A DNA stretch of 64,000 nucleotides, from positions 1-64,000 of the forward strand of contig CAWGPQ010000017.1 in NCBI GenBank assembly GCA_963824495.1, written 5' to 3'. The translations under genes were made by a program, and so were the position numbers. Below, one piece after another: positions 20,086 to 29,755 of the stretch. Position 1 is the first letter of the stretch; each line of letters begins with the position of its first letter. Under the pieces are notes generated by a model. It was not told the DNA's origin. It worked only from the letters and a program-made list of their open reading frames with translations, and made no database searches. Source of the stretch: an uncultured bacterium. Lineage in GTDB: Bacteria; Babelota; Babeliae; Babelales; Babelaceae.

Positions 20086-20950
20086 GTACTCTCTTGCAAT
20101 AAAAATTAGTTAACCAGCATACAAAAACAGGTACAATTATACCGTAGCATACAGTATAACCAATAACCGTGAGTACTTTTTTACCTAAAAAGCCCACAAG
20201 TAATGGCATACCTACCACTCGATACACCAAGAACGCAATAAAAAGCGTTACACTATAAGAAATAACACAAAAGGGATAGTTATAGACTATCATCTTTAAG
20301 GCTCGCACTAATGATTGCCAAAAAGCACCTACTTTGCTTCCCGAGTCAAGCATGAACAGGAGTGCAAAGACAAAAAAAGGCGAAAGAAATAGCACAAGAG
20401 CATTAGCCACATATGATGATGATAAAAGAGCCCAGGGCATCGTCGTAATGATCGGTATGAGCACAGGTTGATACTCAACATAACGGTTTCTTTGAACGCC
20501 GAGATTTTGAGCTGCAAGAAAGCGCACTATAGCACTATATGCAATACTGTAAAAAGCATATTTTTTGAAAAAATCGAAAAAATAGTGAATGTTCTTTTGA
20601 TCTACTGAGGGACGACACGCGCAACATGTGATAAAAACAATAAGCGCTGCAAGTACGAGATGCACAAGTTCATGTATTGTTGTAGCAAGTTCTAACTTCA
20701 TGTGATTTGTATCAGCAATGCTTTTTGTATATACAAGCTCATTAATAAGCATGCCAAGAAGTAGTGCACCTATATATGGCCATGCCCCCTTCAAGAGCGC
20801 TTGATAAGTTAAGAGAACGCTCTTAAGTGTAATTAATAAAAATTGCTTAAAAGCAGGGGGCAAAAATGGCTGGAGTGACTCTCGCCACGAATGGCTTATC
20901 GCCTGAAGACGTGACACCATCCAGGTATACATACTCATATGCACTCTCAC
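20051..20950 (-). CDS. Multi-pass membrane hypothetical protein
   Basis: About 6 hydrophobic segments; overlaps the plsC start. Confidence 0.7.
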   Translation of the reverse strand: MRVHMSMYTWMVSRLQAISHSWRESLQPFLPPAFKQFLLITLKSVLLTYQALLKGAWPYIGALLLGMLINELVYTKSIADTNHMKLELATTIHELVHLVLAALIVFITCCACRPSVDQKNIHYFFDFFKKYAFYSIAYSAIVRFLAAQNLGVQRNRYVEYQPVLIPIITTMPWALLSSSYVANALVLFLSPFFVFALLFMLDSGSKVGAFWQSLVRALKMIVYNYPFCVISYSVTLFIAFLVYRVVGMPLLVGFLGKKVLTVIGYTVCYGIIVPVFVCWLTNFYCKRVHEQFQLYYDIS

Positions 20951-21228
20951 CTATCTTCTTATATCTTCTTATTAATAAAACCCTCTTTTATGCAGCATAA
21001 ACGTCTTTAGCGTATTGATCAAGGTGTCTTATTTATTTAAGCCCGAATAAGCCTGGGACGGTATGACTGTTAGTAAAAACTGAAGGTTTTTTGCAAATCG
21101 TCAATTATATGGCATACTAGGTAGCACTGAGATTAACGGTTGTATGTGAAAGAACCACCCTTAGGCGCTGTGGGTGTCGCACTAAGGATAAGAAAACATC
21201 TTTTTTTGTGTTTATGAATAAAAAGTAT

Positions 21229-21258
21229 TTGACTTTTTTTTAATAACTCTTTTAGTAT
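21229..21258 (+). promoter_or_regulatory. Sigma70-like promoter of topA
   Basis: TTGACT-18 nt-TAGTAT. Confidence 0.55.
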
Positions 21259-21325
21259 TAAAGATAAGATGACTAAGAATAGAGCACAGGCATAACCAGT
21301 AAAATATCATTAAAGAATAGATAGT

Positions 21326-23557
21326 ATGAAAAAGTTATTAATTGTAGAATCGCCTGCTAAAACTAAGACGATTGCCAAGTTCTTAGGTGACGACTTTAGG
21401 ATTATGTCTACTGTTGGACATATCAAAGATCTGCCTTCCAAGGAACTTGGTGTAAGCATGAATGATCATATTCATATTGATTACGTGGTGCTTGATACTA
21501 AAGAAAAGATCATTGCTGATATCTGCAAACAGGCTAGCAGATCTGACGAAATCTTTCTTGCACCAGATCCCGATCGAGAAGGCGAGATCATTGCCTGGCA
21601 TATCGCCCAAGAAATCGCCAAGGTTGTTAAAGATTCGGATATAATTCATCGTATATCGTTTAATGAGATCACCAAACAGGCGGTGGAAGAGGCAATAGCC
21701 CAGCCTTCAGTGATTGATCTTGACAAAGTCGCAGCTCAACAAGCGCGACGTGTTCTTGATCGATGGGTAGGCTATGAAGTTTCGCCTATATTATGGAGAA
21801 AAGTTACTAAGGGCCTATCGGCCGGCCGTGTCCAATCAGTTGCCCTCAGATTAATTTGTGATCGTGAGCTCGCAATTCGTGAATTCGTTCCTCAAGAATA
21901 TTGGACCATTGATGGCCTTTTTACCTATAACAGAAGCGAGATAACTGCGACCCTCACGCATATTAATAAAAAGAAAGCAGAGATTAAGAGCCGGCAAGAA
22001 GCAGATTCGCTTACCGATAAACTTAAAGCAAGCTCATTTGCCGTAACCTCAATTAAAGACTCAAAGCGCCTCAAGAATCCATCACCGCCCTTTATGACAA
22101 GTACCCTTCAGCAAAGTGCGTATAATCAGCTTGGATTTTCAGTCCACAAAACTATGACCATAGCGCAAAAGCTCTATGAAGGCATACCACTTGAAGATGC
22201 ATCGACACCTATAGCATTAATAACTTACATGCGTACTGATTCACTACGAATAGCTGAAAGTGCGCTTAAAAGTGCTCGTACTCTTATTGAGAAAGAATGG
22301 GGTAAAGGGTATCTACCTACTAAAGCTGCCCTTTATTCAAAAAGCAAAGGACAAGATGCTCACGAAGCAATTCGTCCAATTGACGTAAAATTTACGCCAG
22401 AAAAAGTAACAAAATTTTTAGAAAAAGATGCAGCCAGGCTCTATGAACTTATTTGGCAACGCTTTATAGCAAGTCAAATGAAGCCAGCTCAATACGCCCA
22501 GCGCCAAGTGCTTATCGAAGGCAACTCATTTACTTTTAAAGTTACGGGATCGACACTTATTTTTGATGGATTTCTTAAAGTATATACTGATGAAGAAGAA
22601 ACCCAAAAAGATGCTAAAGAAAACACTAAAATAAAGATCCCAAGCAGTCTAAAAGAGGGGCAGCAACTCGAGCTTGGCAAAGTAATACCCAAACAACACT
22701 TTACCGAGCCACCACCACGCTATACCGAAGCTTCGCTTGTCAAAGATCTTGAAAAAGAAGGTATCGGTCGACCAAGCACCTATGCAACGATCATGAAAAC
22801 CATCCAGGCGCGTTCATATACGCATCTTGATACAAAAAAGCGTTTTGTGCCGACAGATTTGGGCATGGTTGTTACTAAAATGCTTACGGAATATCTGCCT
22901 GATATCATGAATATTAAATTTACCGCTCTTATGGAGGAAGAATTAGACAAAATAGCTAACGGCACCCTTGCCCGTGATGCTGTCTTACGGGAATTTTATC
23001 ATACATTTGAGAAGGATTTAGAACTATTTCGTGGAGAAAAAGCAAAACGTCCTGCCGAACCTACAGGAATAAGCTGTCCGGACTGTAAACAGGGTGAATT
23101 AGTTATACGCTTTGGTAAAGCAGGGCCATTTTTGGGGTGTACCCGCTACCCTGAGTGTAAGTTTACCAGCAACTTTGAACGGCTGGAAAACGGCACAATC
23201 CAGCTTACTACGGTTCAAGCACCATCACTCTTAGAGCAAACCTGTGAACTGTGCCAAAAAAACTTACGATCTATTAAGGGCAAATACGGAACATTTATTG
23301 CCTGCTCAGGTTACCCAGATTGCAAGTATATTTATTACCCTACAGCAAACTTTCCCTGCCCCCAGTGTGCAAGTAAAGTTATTCAGCGCTCATGGAAGGG
23401 CAAATCATTTTGGGGCTGCAGCAACTATCCAAACTGTAAGTTCTCTATAGCAGGAGAAATTAAAGAAATACCCTGCCCACAATGTGCTTCACCCTATCTG
23501 GTAAAAAAAGGTGAAAATCTTGTGTGTAATAAAAAAGACTGCGGCTATCGCCAATAG
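21326..23557 (+). CDS. topA: DNA topoisomerase I
   Basis: IVESPAK, DPDREGE, SAGRVQS, ITYMRTDS, GIGRPSTYA, C-terminal zinc ribbons. Confidence 0.97.
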   Translation: MKKLLIVESPAKTKTIAKFLGDDFRIMSTVGHIKDLPSKELGVSMNDHIHIDYVVLDTKEKIIADICKQASRSDEIFLAPDPDREGEIIAWHIAQEIAKVVKDSDIIHRISFNEITKQAVEEAIAQPSVIDLDKVAAQQARRVLDRWVGYEVSPILWRKVTKGLSAGRVQSVALRLICDRELAIREFVPQEYWTIDGLFTYNRSEITATLTHINKKKAEIKSRQEADSLTDKLKASSFAVTSIKDSKRLKNPSPPFMTSTLQQSAYNQLGFSVHKTMTIAQKLYEGIPLEDASTPIALITYMRTDSLRIAESALKSARTLIEKEWGKGYLPTKAALYSKSKGQDAHEAIRPIDVKFTPEKVTKFLEKDAARLYELIWQRFIASQMKPAQYAQRQVLIEGNSFTFKVTGSTLIFDGFLKVYTDEEETQKDAKENTKIKIPSSLKEGQQLELGKVIPKQHFTEPPPRYTEASLVKDLEKEGIGRPSTYATIMKTIQARSYTHLDTKKRFVPTDLGMVVTKMLTEYLPDIMNIKFTALMEEELDKIANGTLARDAVLREFYHTFEKDLELFRGEKAKRPAEPTGISCPDCKQGELVIRFGKAGPFLGCTRYPECKFTSNFERLENGTIQLTTVQAPSLLEQTCELCQKNLRSIKGKYGTFIACSGYPDCKYIYYPTANFPCPQCASKVIQRSWKGKSFWGCSNYPNCKFSIAGEIKEIPCPQCASPYLVKKGENLVCNKKDCGYRQ

Positions 23558-23636
23558 AAGCTAATAGAAGCCATGAGCTTGCTTACAAAATAAGCACACT
23601 ATAAACTTATTAGATATACTTGTCCAAAGAACAACT

Positions 23637-23979
23637 ATGGCCCGAACAAAGACATCATTAAAGCAAGCAAAATCCTTAAAAAGTACACAACAACTAAAGC
23701 TTAAGCCAGGTGCTTCAGTAATATCATATAGCCCTACCGAAGAACCCTTACATGAAGATTTTTATTGGCAAGGCTATTTTAGAGTGCTTAAAAAATAATG
23801 ATCCTGAAGGAGTGATGGAGATTCTTGCTATATATCTAGATACCTTAAACAAAACAAAATCAGCGGAATATGCAAATCTTCCCCGCTCTACTCTGTATCA
23901 CAGTTTAAAAAGCAGAAACCCCACCATAAAAACTTTAGCTAAATTGATACACGCTAGCACTCTTGAAGCAAAACGGTAA
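23637..23979 (+). pseudogene. HTH addiction-module antidote-like protein, +1 frameshift at T5 (about 23759-23763)
   Basis: ATG 23637 frame (MARTKTS...YSPTEEPLHEDF) joins the 23752 frame (IGKAILECLKNNDPEG...LPRSTLYHSL...NPTIKTLAK) if one T is removed. Confidence 0.65.
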
Positions 23980-24001
23980 CTTAGTACAGGTCTTAGAATT
24001 A

Positions 24002-25132
24002 TTAGTCTAACTCCAAACAATGGCTTAAGAGATCATTGTCATGTTGCGCGTAACCATGTAGTGCCATAAGAAGTCGATCGCGATCGTTATATGATTGAGT
24101 TAGTGTTTGAATATCATAAGAGATGAGCTGCTGGTTTTCAATTTTAGCTCTTATATAGCATTCAAAAATGCCAGGACGCCTAAAATCCTGAAGCATTGCC
24201 TGATCATAGGCATTTTCACTAAAGAAAACGATTGGGTCATAACCTGCCTGCATTAAGATACTATTCATCAAAAGACGAGCTGGAAGATTACTCTCCTCGA
24301 AGAAAGGTGCAATTTTTGAAAGGCCCTGATGAGCAAAAGCGGCAACTCTAATAGGATCATTCGGTTTATTGAGCTGCGCATGAAGCTCCTGTGCAAACTT
24401 ACGCATGAGGACTGGTATTTTATCCGGCCCCGGAGGAAAATGCATATAATTTTTAACAAACGCCAGTTCTTGAAGGGTAAATCGCTTCCCCGAGTTTATA
24501 AACGCTTCATAGGAGCCAGCTTCGTGAATTTTATCGAGTATGCTGTCATAAAGTAGCAATAAGTGCGGGTCCTGCTCTTGAAGAGATTCCCTCTGCTGTT
24601 TGACCGTAGGCCGGCTGGGAAAAAGTATAATCCATTCATGTTGGCGGTATTGAGAAGATTGGCTCGGGTAATGGTGTGTATGTATCAGGCCCGGCAAGAG
24701 CTTGAGCTCTTCTACCGTTAATGCACCCAAAGGATGTGAGAGATACTTTTCTTCCATAAAGTCTAATACTGATTCGTAAAGTTTACGCTCAATCGGCGTT
24801 GGAAGCGTTATGTCACCATCTATAGATATTATAAAATTCGGGTTTACTTTTGACCAGAACTCAATATCTTCAGGCATAGGCTCGTGCCCTGAGTGCACTA
24901 CGTAATTTGCATAATCATGCATAAGCTTATCGAGCTGCTTTTGTTCAACTGGATATGACCAGATACCCGGAAAAATAAAGCCCTTAACATACTGAGGAAA
25001 CTTTGTACGTGATGCCTTTATCGCATGTAACGTTGTGTGCTGATCAGGCATTACGTGTGCCTGCAGTATGGGTGCTTGGGCTCCCAAGAAAACAAGCACA
25101 ATGCATGAAAACTTATATATATACATGTCCAA
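24002..25132 (-). CDS. Secreted Fic-domain-like protein with degenerate catalytic motif
   Basis: Signal peptide; FPPGPDKIPVLMRKF...AAFAHQGLSKIAPFFEESNLPARLLMNSILMQAGY. Confidence 0.7.
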   Translation of the reverse strand: MDMYIYKFSCIVLVFLGAQAPILQAHVMPDQHTTLHAIKASRTKFPQYVKGFIFPGIWSYPVEQKQLDKLMHDYANYVVHSGHEPMPEDIEFWSKVNPNFIISIDGDITLPTPIERKLYESVLDFMEEKYLSHPLGALTVEELKLLPGLIHTHHYPSQSSQYRQHEWIILFPSRPTVKQQRESLQEQDPHLLLLYDSILDKIHEAGSYEAFINSGKRFTLQELAFVKNYMHFPPGPDKIPVLMRKFAQELHAQLNKPNDPIRVAAFAHQGLSKIAPFFEESNLPARLLMNSILMQAGYDPIVFFSENAYDQAMLQDFRRPGIFECYIRAKIENQQLISYDIQTLTQSYNDRDRLLMALHGYAQHDNDLLSHCLELD

Positions 25133-25309
25133 TTTTATCCTCTTTTATTGTCAGTAATTGTTTAAAAAAGAAAATTCTCCCTGAGCACAGGGTTGCGGTA
25201 ACTCGCGCAAAGAAGAGCTCTTTTGGTGTATTAAGATACTCTAAGATACTCTATATCTTTGACCCCGGCAAGCATTAGATTAAGTAGACAAAATCTGAAG
25301 TACGCTGAT

Positions 25310-27181
25310 TTAAGCTAAGTAGACAAGCTTAATAATGTACATCTTTTGGGTTTCCAATGGCTGACGCCCATATAAGCGCATACATGGCTCAAGTGTACCA
25401 TATCGCGGAGCAAACCAGCCCATACAAACCACAAAGTTATTATCTGGAGCTGTAAGAAGCGCAAGGGGGTTATTTTTGTAACGCAAAAGCCACGTAGTTT
25501 CACTCTGTTGCTCAGGAATGATATCAGGGCCTAACGTAAAATTCCAGCATGATGTTAAGTCTGTTCTATAATGACTCAGTTTGAGCGTGTCTTCTTCTTT
25601 CCAAAAGTCCGTTATAGTAAGGCTATTGTTAGAATGGTAAAATTCAAGCATGCGCACTGATTTTAGGCCATAACGAGCATAAAGATCGTGACAGGCTGTA
25701 ACACTTATCGTTGACAGTCTTTTGGAGAAACGTGGAATATCACTCGATTGAGGTATCTCAAGGTCGAATAATCGATCGTCAAAGGGCACGAGTTCTTGCT
25801 CACCAACATAGCAAGCGTTGTGAGCCGTTATCGACCGAAAGCGGTTGCGCCAGATCTCGGAGGCTGTATAAACATAGGTTCCCGGGTCAATAATAACAGG
25901 AATACCCCTAAGAGCCACCGTAATACTATGCATATCATTATGAAAATGACCTGAGGGCTGATAATTTTTATAGGCATGATGGCGCAAGCTTACATGCCAT
26001 GTAGCAGTTTTAATGACGGAAAGACCAAAATCAGGAAACGTAGTATAGGGCTGCTCCCATATGCTATCAAGTTTTGGAGGGATTTTAACATAGGTGCTCG
26101 ATGCAATAGTACGTATAATGCTTCCTGAATCGTTATCACCGATAAGAATCAATTGACCATTCTCAGGGGTACACCAATTAAGAAAATCAAGCATATCACG
26201 ATATCGTACGGTATATTTGTTAGGTAATGGCATACCTAATTCGTTACAAATAAAGATCGCGTGAGCACGTAGCTCAGTTACTAAGCGATGGTAAGCAGTT
26301 GAACCTTCATAATGCGTGCCATCATCAAGAAGTTGTTTATCGAGCTCATAGCAGAGCTCTGCTACAATAGTATCAATTTTGCGCTGAAAGCCACGCAATG
26401 GCTTGAATAACCAGCATATATATAAATAGCCAACAAGATCGGATAGATAATGGTTGGATGTGCGGCCATCAAACACTTCCCAGTTATTCTCAAGATAGAT
26501 AAGATGATCATAGAGAGAACAGACGATACGCTGCCACGTGTCAGTATCGAGCGCAGAACTTGCATCAAAAAAATGAATTGCCCATACCCAGTTAATAGCA
26601 CGAATACTAACTTCCATAGGACAAAGCCAATTAACGCCATGAAGATAGGGATTTTTTTCAATCCAATCAAGAACGTGCTCTTTAAAAAGCACACCATAAC
26701 GATCAAGGGCACAGGCACGATCGGCTTTGCCCAGTATAAACAGATACTGAAAGCGTGAAAGTTCCCAAGATACTTTAATATCTTTACTTAATGTTTCATC
26801 TTTGCCTACTGTGATGGCGATATCTTTATAAAAAAGCTGCGATAAGCTCCCATCATTATGCCAATCAGCCGGTACTGCTCGTTGGCTATACTCATATGCC
26901 AGTTTTTGTAACTCTTGACCTGTTAATGTACTCATGTCAAGCCACACAGGTAGTTTGCTAAATTCTTTAGGTGCATGTACCCAATACTGCGCAAAGTTAT
27001 GGGCTGCTTTATGACGTCGTGCTATAGTCTGCCATGTATGTCGCGCTGCTGATGATCGTACTTTATAACGCCAATAATAGGCTACAAGAGCAGCATGAGT
27101 TCGACGAGCAATAATCTTAGTGCTTTCTAGAAATCCATAACGAATAAGTTTACGAGAATAATAGTTTGCCAACAGTTTCAC
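25310..27181 (-). CDS. Heparinase II/III family protein
   Basis: DIKVSWELSRFQ, NP...GVNW..MEVSIR, SNHY, EGSTAYH, GHFHND, DPGTYVYT, FRS..AHN. Confidence 0.9.
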   Translation of the reverse strand: MKLLANYYSRKLIRYGFLESTKIIARRTHAALVAYYWRYKVRSSAARHTWQTIARRHKAAHNFAQYWVHAPKEFSKLPVWLDMSTLTGQELQKLAYEYSQRAVPADWHNDGSLSQLFYKDIAITVGKDETLSKDIKVSWELSRFQYLFILGKADRACALDRYGVLFKEHVLDWIEKNPYLHGVNWLCPMEVSIRAINWVWAIHFFDASSALDTDTWQRIVCSLYDHLIYLENNWEVFDGRTSNHYLSDLVGYLYICWLFKPLRGFQRKIDTIVAELCYELDKQLLDDGTHYEGSTAYHRLVTELRAHAIFICNELGMPLPNKYTVRYRDMLDFLNWCTPENGQLILIGDNDSGSIIRTIASSTYVKIPPKLDSIWEQPYTTFPDFGLSVIKTATWHVSLRHHAYKNYQPSGHFHNDMHSITVALRGIPVIIDPGTYVYTASEIWRNRFRSITAHNACYVGEQELVPFDDRLFDLEIPQSSDIPRFSKRLSTISVTACHDLYARYGLKSVRMLEFYHSNNSLTITDFWKEEDTLKLSHYRTDLTSCWNFTLGPDIIPEQQSETTWLLRYKNNPLALLTAPDNNFVVCMGWFAPRYGTLEPCMRLYGRQPLETQKMYIIKLVYLA

Positions 27182-27223
27182 TGGAAAGTCTTCATATAAA
27201 TTTCTTCTATAGTATGTAATGAG

Positions 27224-29164
27224 CTAGCTTAATTCTGCACCATCAGGCACAGGCTGCTCTACCGTTGTTAGAACAAGCTTATCCTGTGCATCATGAACTA
27301 AGAGCATCATGCCGTGCGATTCTTGACCCATAATCTTACGTGGTTGAAGATTAATCACAAAAATTCCTTGCTTGCCTATAAGCTGTTCGGGAGTAAAATA
27401 GGCTTGTATTCCTGAAAAAATCTGCCGATCGCCTAAGGGACCAAAATTTACCTGAAGTTTTAATAACTTGTCAGATTTAGGAACTACTTGGCAGTGCTTG
27501 ATGGTGCCAACACACAGTTTAACTTTTTTAAATTCTTCAAATGATAGAGTAGGCTCTTGATCAGGAGCTTTATTAGCTTGAACGGATTCTAAAACCTGCT
27601 TTTCAAATTTTTCAAACAACGGCTTAATAGGTATAAATTTAAACGTTTTTTGCCATGGATCACACGATAACTGTTCCAAGATATCAGGTCCTAGTTCGAG
27701 AGAGAGCCCCAAGCTTTGCAGAAGCTCTTCCATTTTTTGTGGCATGACAGGCCATATTAAAAGAGCAAGTGCATATAAACTATGTGCTGTAGCAGAAAGT
27801 ACCTGCTTAAAACGCTCAGTATCAGAACGAGCAAGCTTCCAAGGCTCTTGAGCATGAAAGTAGGCATTGACAATAGTTATAAATTTCCAAACATGGGCGT
27901 ATGCTCTATGAAAAAAATAATCTCCCATAGTACTTTGAACATCATCAAGTACGTTCCAGAATTGATCGCGAAGATCAACTTCTTGCGGACCCCACTGTCC
28001 TGGTGCCGGCAAGTGCGTAACGTTATGGGTATAAGCAAGCGTTACCATACGGTTAAGCAAGTTACCCAAATCATTGGCCAAATCGGTACTAATACGTTGC
28101 TCAAGGTCTTCAATGCTAAATGCTGAATCCTGCGTAATTGCCATATAACGAACGAGATAATAGCGTACCGGATCGCTCCCATACCGTGCAGCAAGTTGGA
28201 GAGCGTCTACTGTATTACCTAATGATTTAGAGATCTTTTGACCACCAAGTTTCAGCCAACCATGAACAAGCAACTTATGAGGTATGGGTAACCCTGTTGC
28301 CATTAAAAATGCTGGCCAATAGACAGCATGAAATCGTATAATATCTTTGCCCAATACCTGGAGATCTGCGGGCCACCAATAGTTAAATTCTTCACTACGG
28401 TGTGGATCACCATAGCCAATTGCCGTAATATAATTATTAAGCGCATCAGCCCATACATACGTAACGTGACGGGGATCATCAGGAAAGGGTATACCCCAGG
28501 TGATGCTTGTACGCGATATACTCAAGTCTTTCAGACCTGATTGAACAAAACTGATTACCTCATGTAAGCGCTCAGGGGGCGTAATAAAATCAGGATGATC
28601 ATGATAGAACTGCAAGAGTCTTTCTTGATACGCCGACAGCTTAAAAAAATAGCTTTCTTCAGCAATGGGGTGCGTTGGACGTGTACATGAAAAGCACACG
28701 GGAGCTGGTGAAGCACTGCCATCGTGCTCTTTTTCTAAAACAAATGTTTCACATGGCGTACAATACCAACCGGTATAAAATGACTTATAAATATCGCCTT
28801 GTTTTTCAAGGTCTTTAATCCATTGCTGAACAGCTTTAACGTGATGTTGATCCGTAGTACGTATAAAATAACTATACTGTATGCTATATGCGTGCCACAA
28901 TTCCTTAAAAGCACCAACAAGACCATCAACAAATTCTTGAGGCTCTTGGCCTGCCTTCTGCGCAGCTTCAGCAACTTTTTGACCATGCTCGTCAGTGCCA
29001 GTCAAAAAGAATATATCTTTTCCCTTAAGCTTATTCCAACGTGCTGCTACATCGGCCAAAAGCGTTGAATACAGCGAGCCAATATGTGGACGTGCATTAA
29101 CGTAGTAAATAGGTGTAGTAACATAAAATTTATTGCGAAGTTTATTGCGTTGAGCATGAGCCAT
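27224..29164 (-). CDS. metG: Methionine--tRNA ligase with C-terminal tRNA-binding domain
   Basis: TTPIYYVNARPHIGS, GTDEHGQK, KISKS, C-terminal OB fold. Confidence 0.97.
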   Translation of the reverse strand: MAHAQRNKLRNKFYVTTPIYYVNARPHIGSLYSTLLADVAARWNKLKGKDIFFLTGTDEHGQKVAEAAQKAGQEPQEFVDGLVGAFKELWHAYSIQYSYFIRTTDQHHVKAVQQWIKDLEKQGDIYKSFYTGWYCTPCETFVLEKEHDGSASPAPVCFSCTRPTHPIAEESYFFKLSAYQERLLQFYHDHPDFITPPERLHEVISFVQSGLKDLSISRTSITWGIPFPDDPRHVTYVWADALNNYITAIGYGDPHRSEEFNYWWPADLQVLGKDIIRFHAVYWPAFLMATGLPIPHKLLVHGWLKLGGQKISKSLGNTVDALQLAARYGSDPVRYYLVRYMAITQDSAFSIEDLEQRISTDLANDLGNLLNRMVTLAYTHNVTHLPAPGQWGPQEVDLRDQFWNVLDDVQSTMGDYFFHRAYAHVWKFITIVNAYFHAQEPWKLARSDTERFKQVLSATAHSLYALALLIWPVMPQKMEELLQSLGLSLELGPDILEQLSCDPWQKTFKFIPIKPLFEKFEKQVLESVQANKAPDQEPTLSFEEFKKVKLCVGTIKHCQVVPKSDKLLKLQVNFGPLGDRQIFSGIQAYFTPEQLIGKQGIFVINLQPRKIMGQESHGMMLLVHDAQDKLVLTTVEQPVPDGAELS

Positions 29165-29304
29165 AGTATACCATCTCCTCAACCTTGCATGCATAACAAA
29201 AATAGTTTCTACTAGTATACTCAAAAACTCTGTTTTATACAAAATCCAGCACGATGGACTCGGTACAGAAGATTTACATATATATAAACTATATATAAAA
29301 ACTG

Positions 29305-29722
29305 TTAATTGGCTGTTAGTTGATAAGTTAAGTTTCCAGCTATATCTTGCAAAATATTCAATAAAATATCTACTGATTCCTGCGATGCACGAGAACTCAG
29401 TTCGGAAGATAACGTAGCCAGAACAGGCAACAAGCTCTGTGCAGCATCCACAAGCTCTTGTTCACGGTCAGTTAGCTGCTTAAACTTTTTCTCAAGCTGT
29501 GCAAATTTTTGATCACTTGCTTTGATTTCATTCAGCTTCTTCTCTATACCCGTTATTTTTTTTATAAGCGTATCAATATGCCCTGTAGCTGATGAGGTAT
29601 GGGGCCTTTGAACATGTTGCTTTGACATAACCTTGCTCGTAACCAAAGGAGCGTAAAAAGTAAGGATTATACTTATAAAACCAATACTACATTTTTGTGA
29701 ACGATACCGTGTAACGATTCAT
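29305..29722 (-). CDS. Secreted coiled-coil hypothetical protein, +1 frameshift at A5 (29692-29696)
   Basis: GGGGAG SD and ATG 29722; removing one A gives signal peptide MNRYTVSFTKCSIGFISIILTFYAPLVTS fused to ORF 29305-29646. Confidence 0.55.
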
Positions 29723-29755
29723 AAAACTACTCCCTTTTTTACAAATAACTCTCGT

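Noticed and set aside
20845..20861. 17-nt gapped match (GCCCCCTGCTTTTAAGC, minus strand) to the 10.9-kb element inside a CDS, a possible sRNA target
   Set aside because: Short, needs a gap and lies in coding sequence; cannot be told from chance without computation
25170..25255. Small hairpins and TAAGATACTC x2 upstream of the pseudo-Fic gene
   Set aside because: Stems are short and match no motif I recognise
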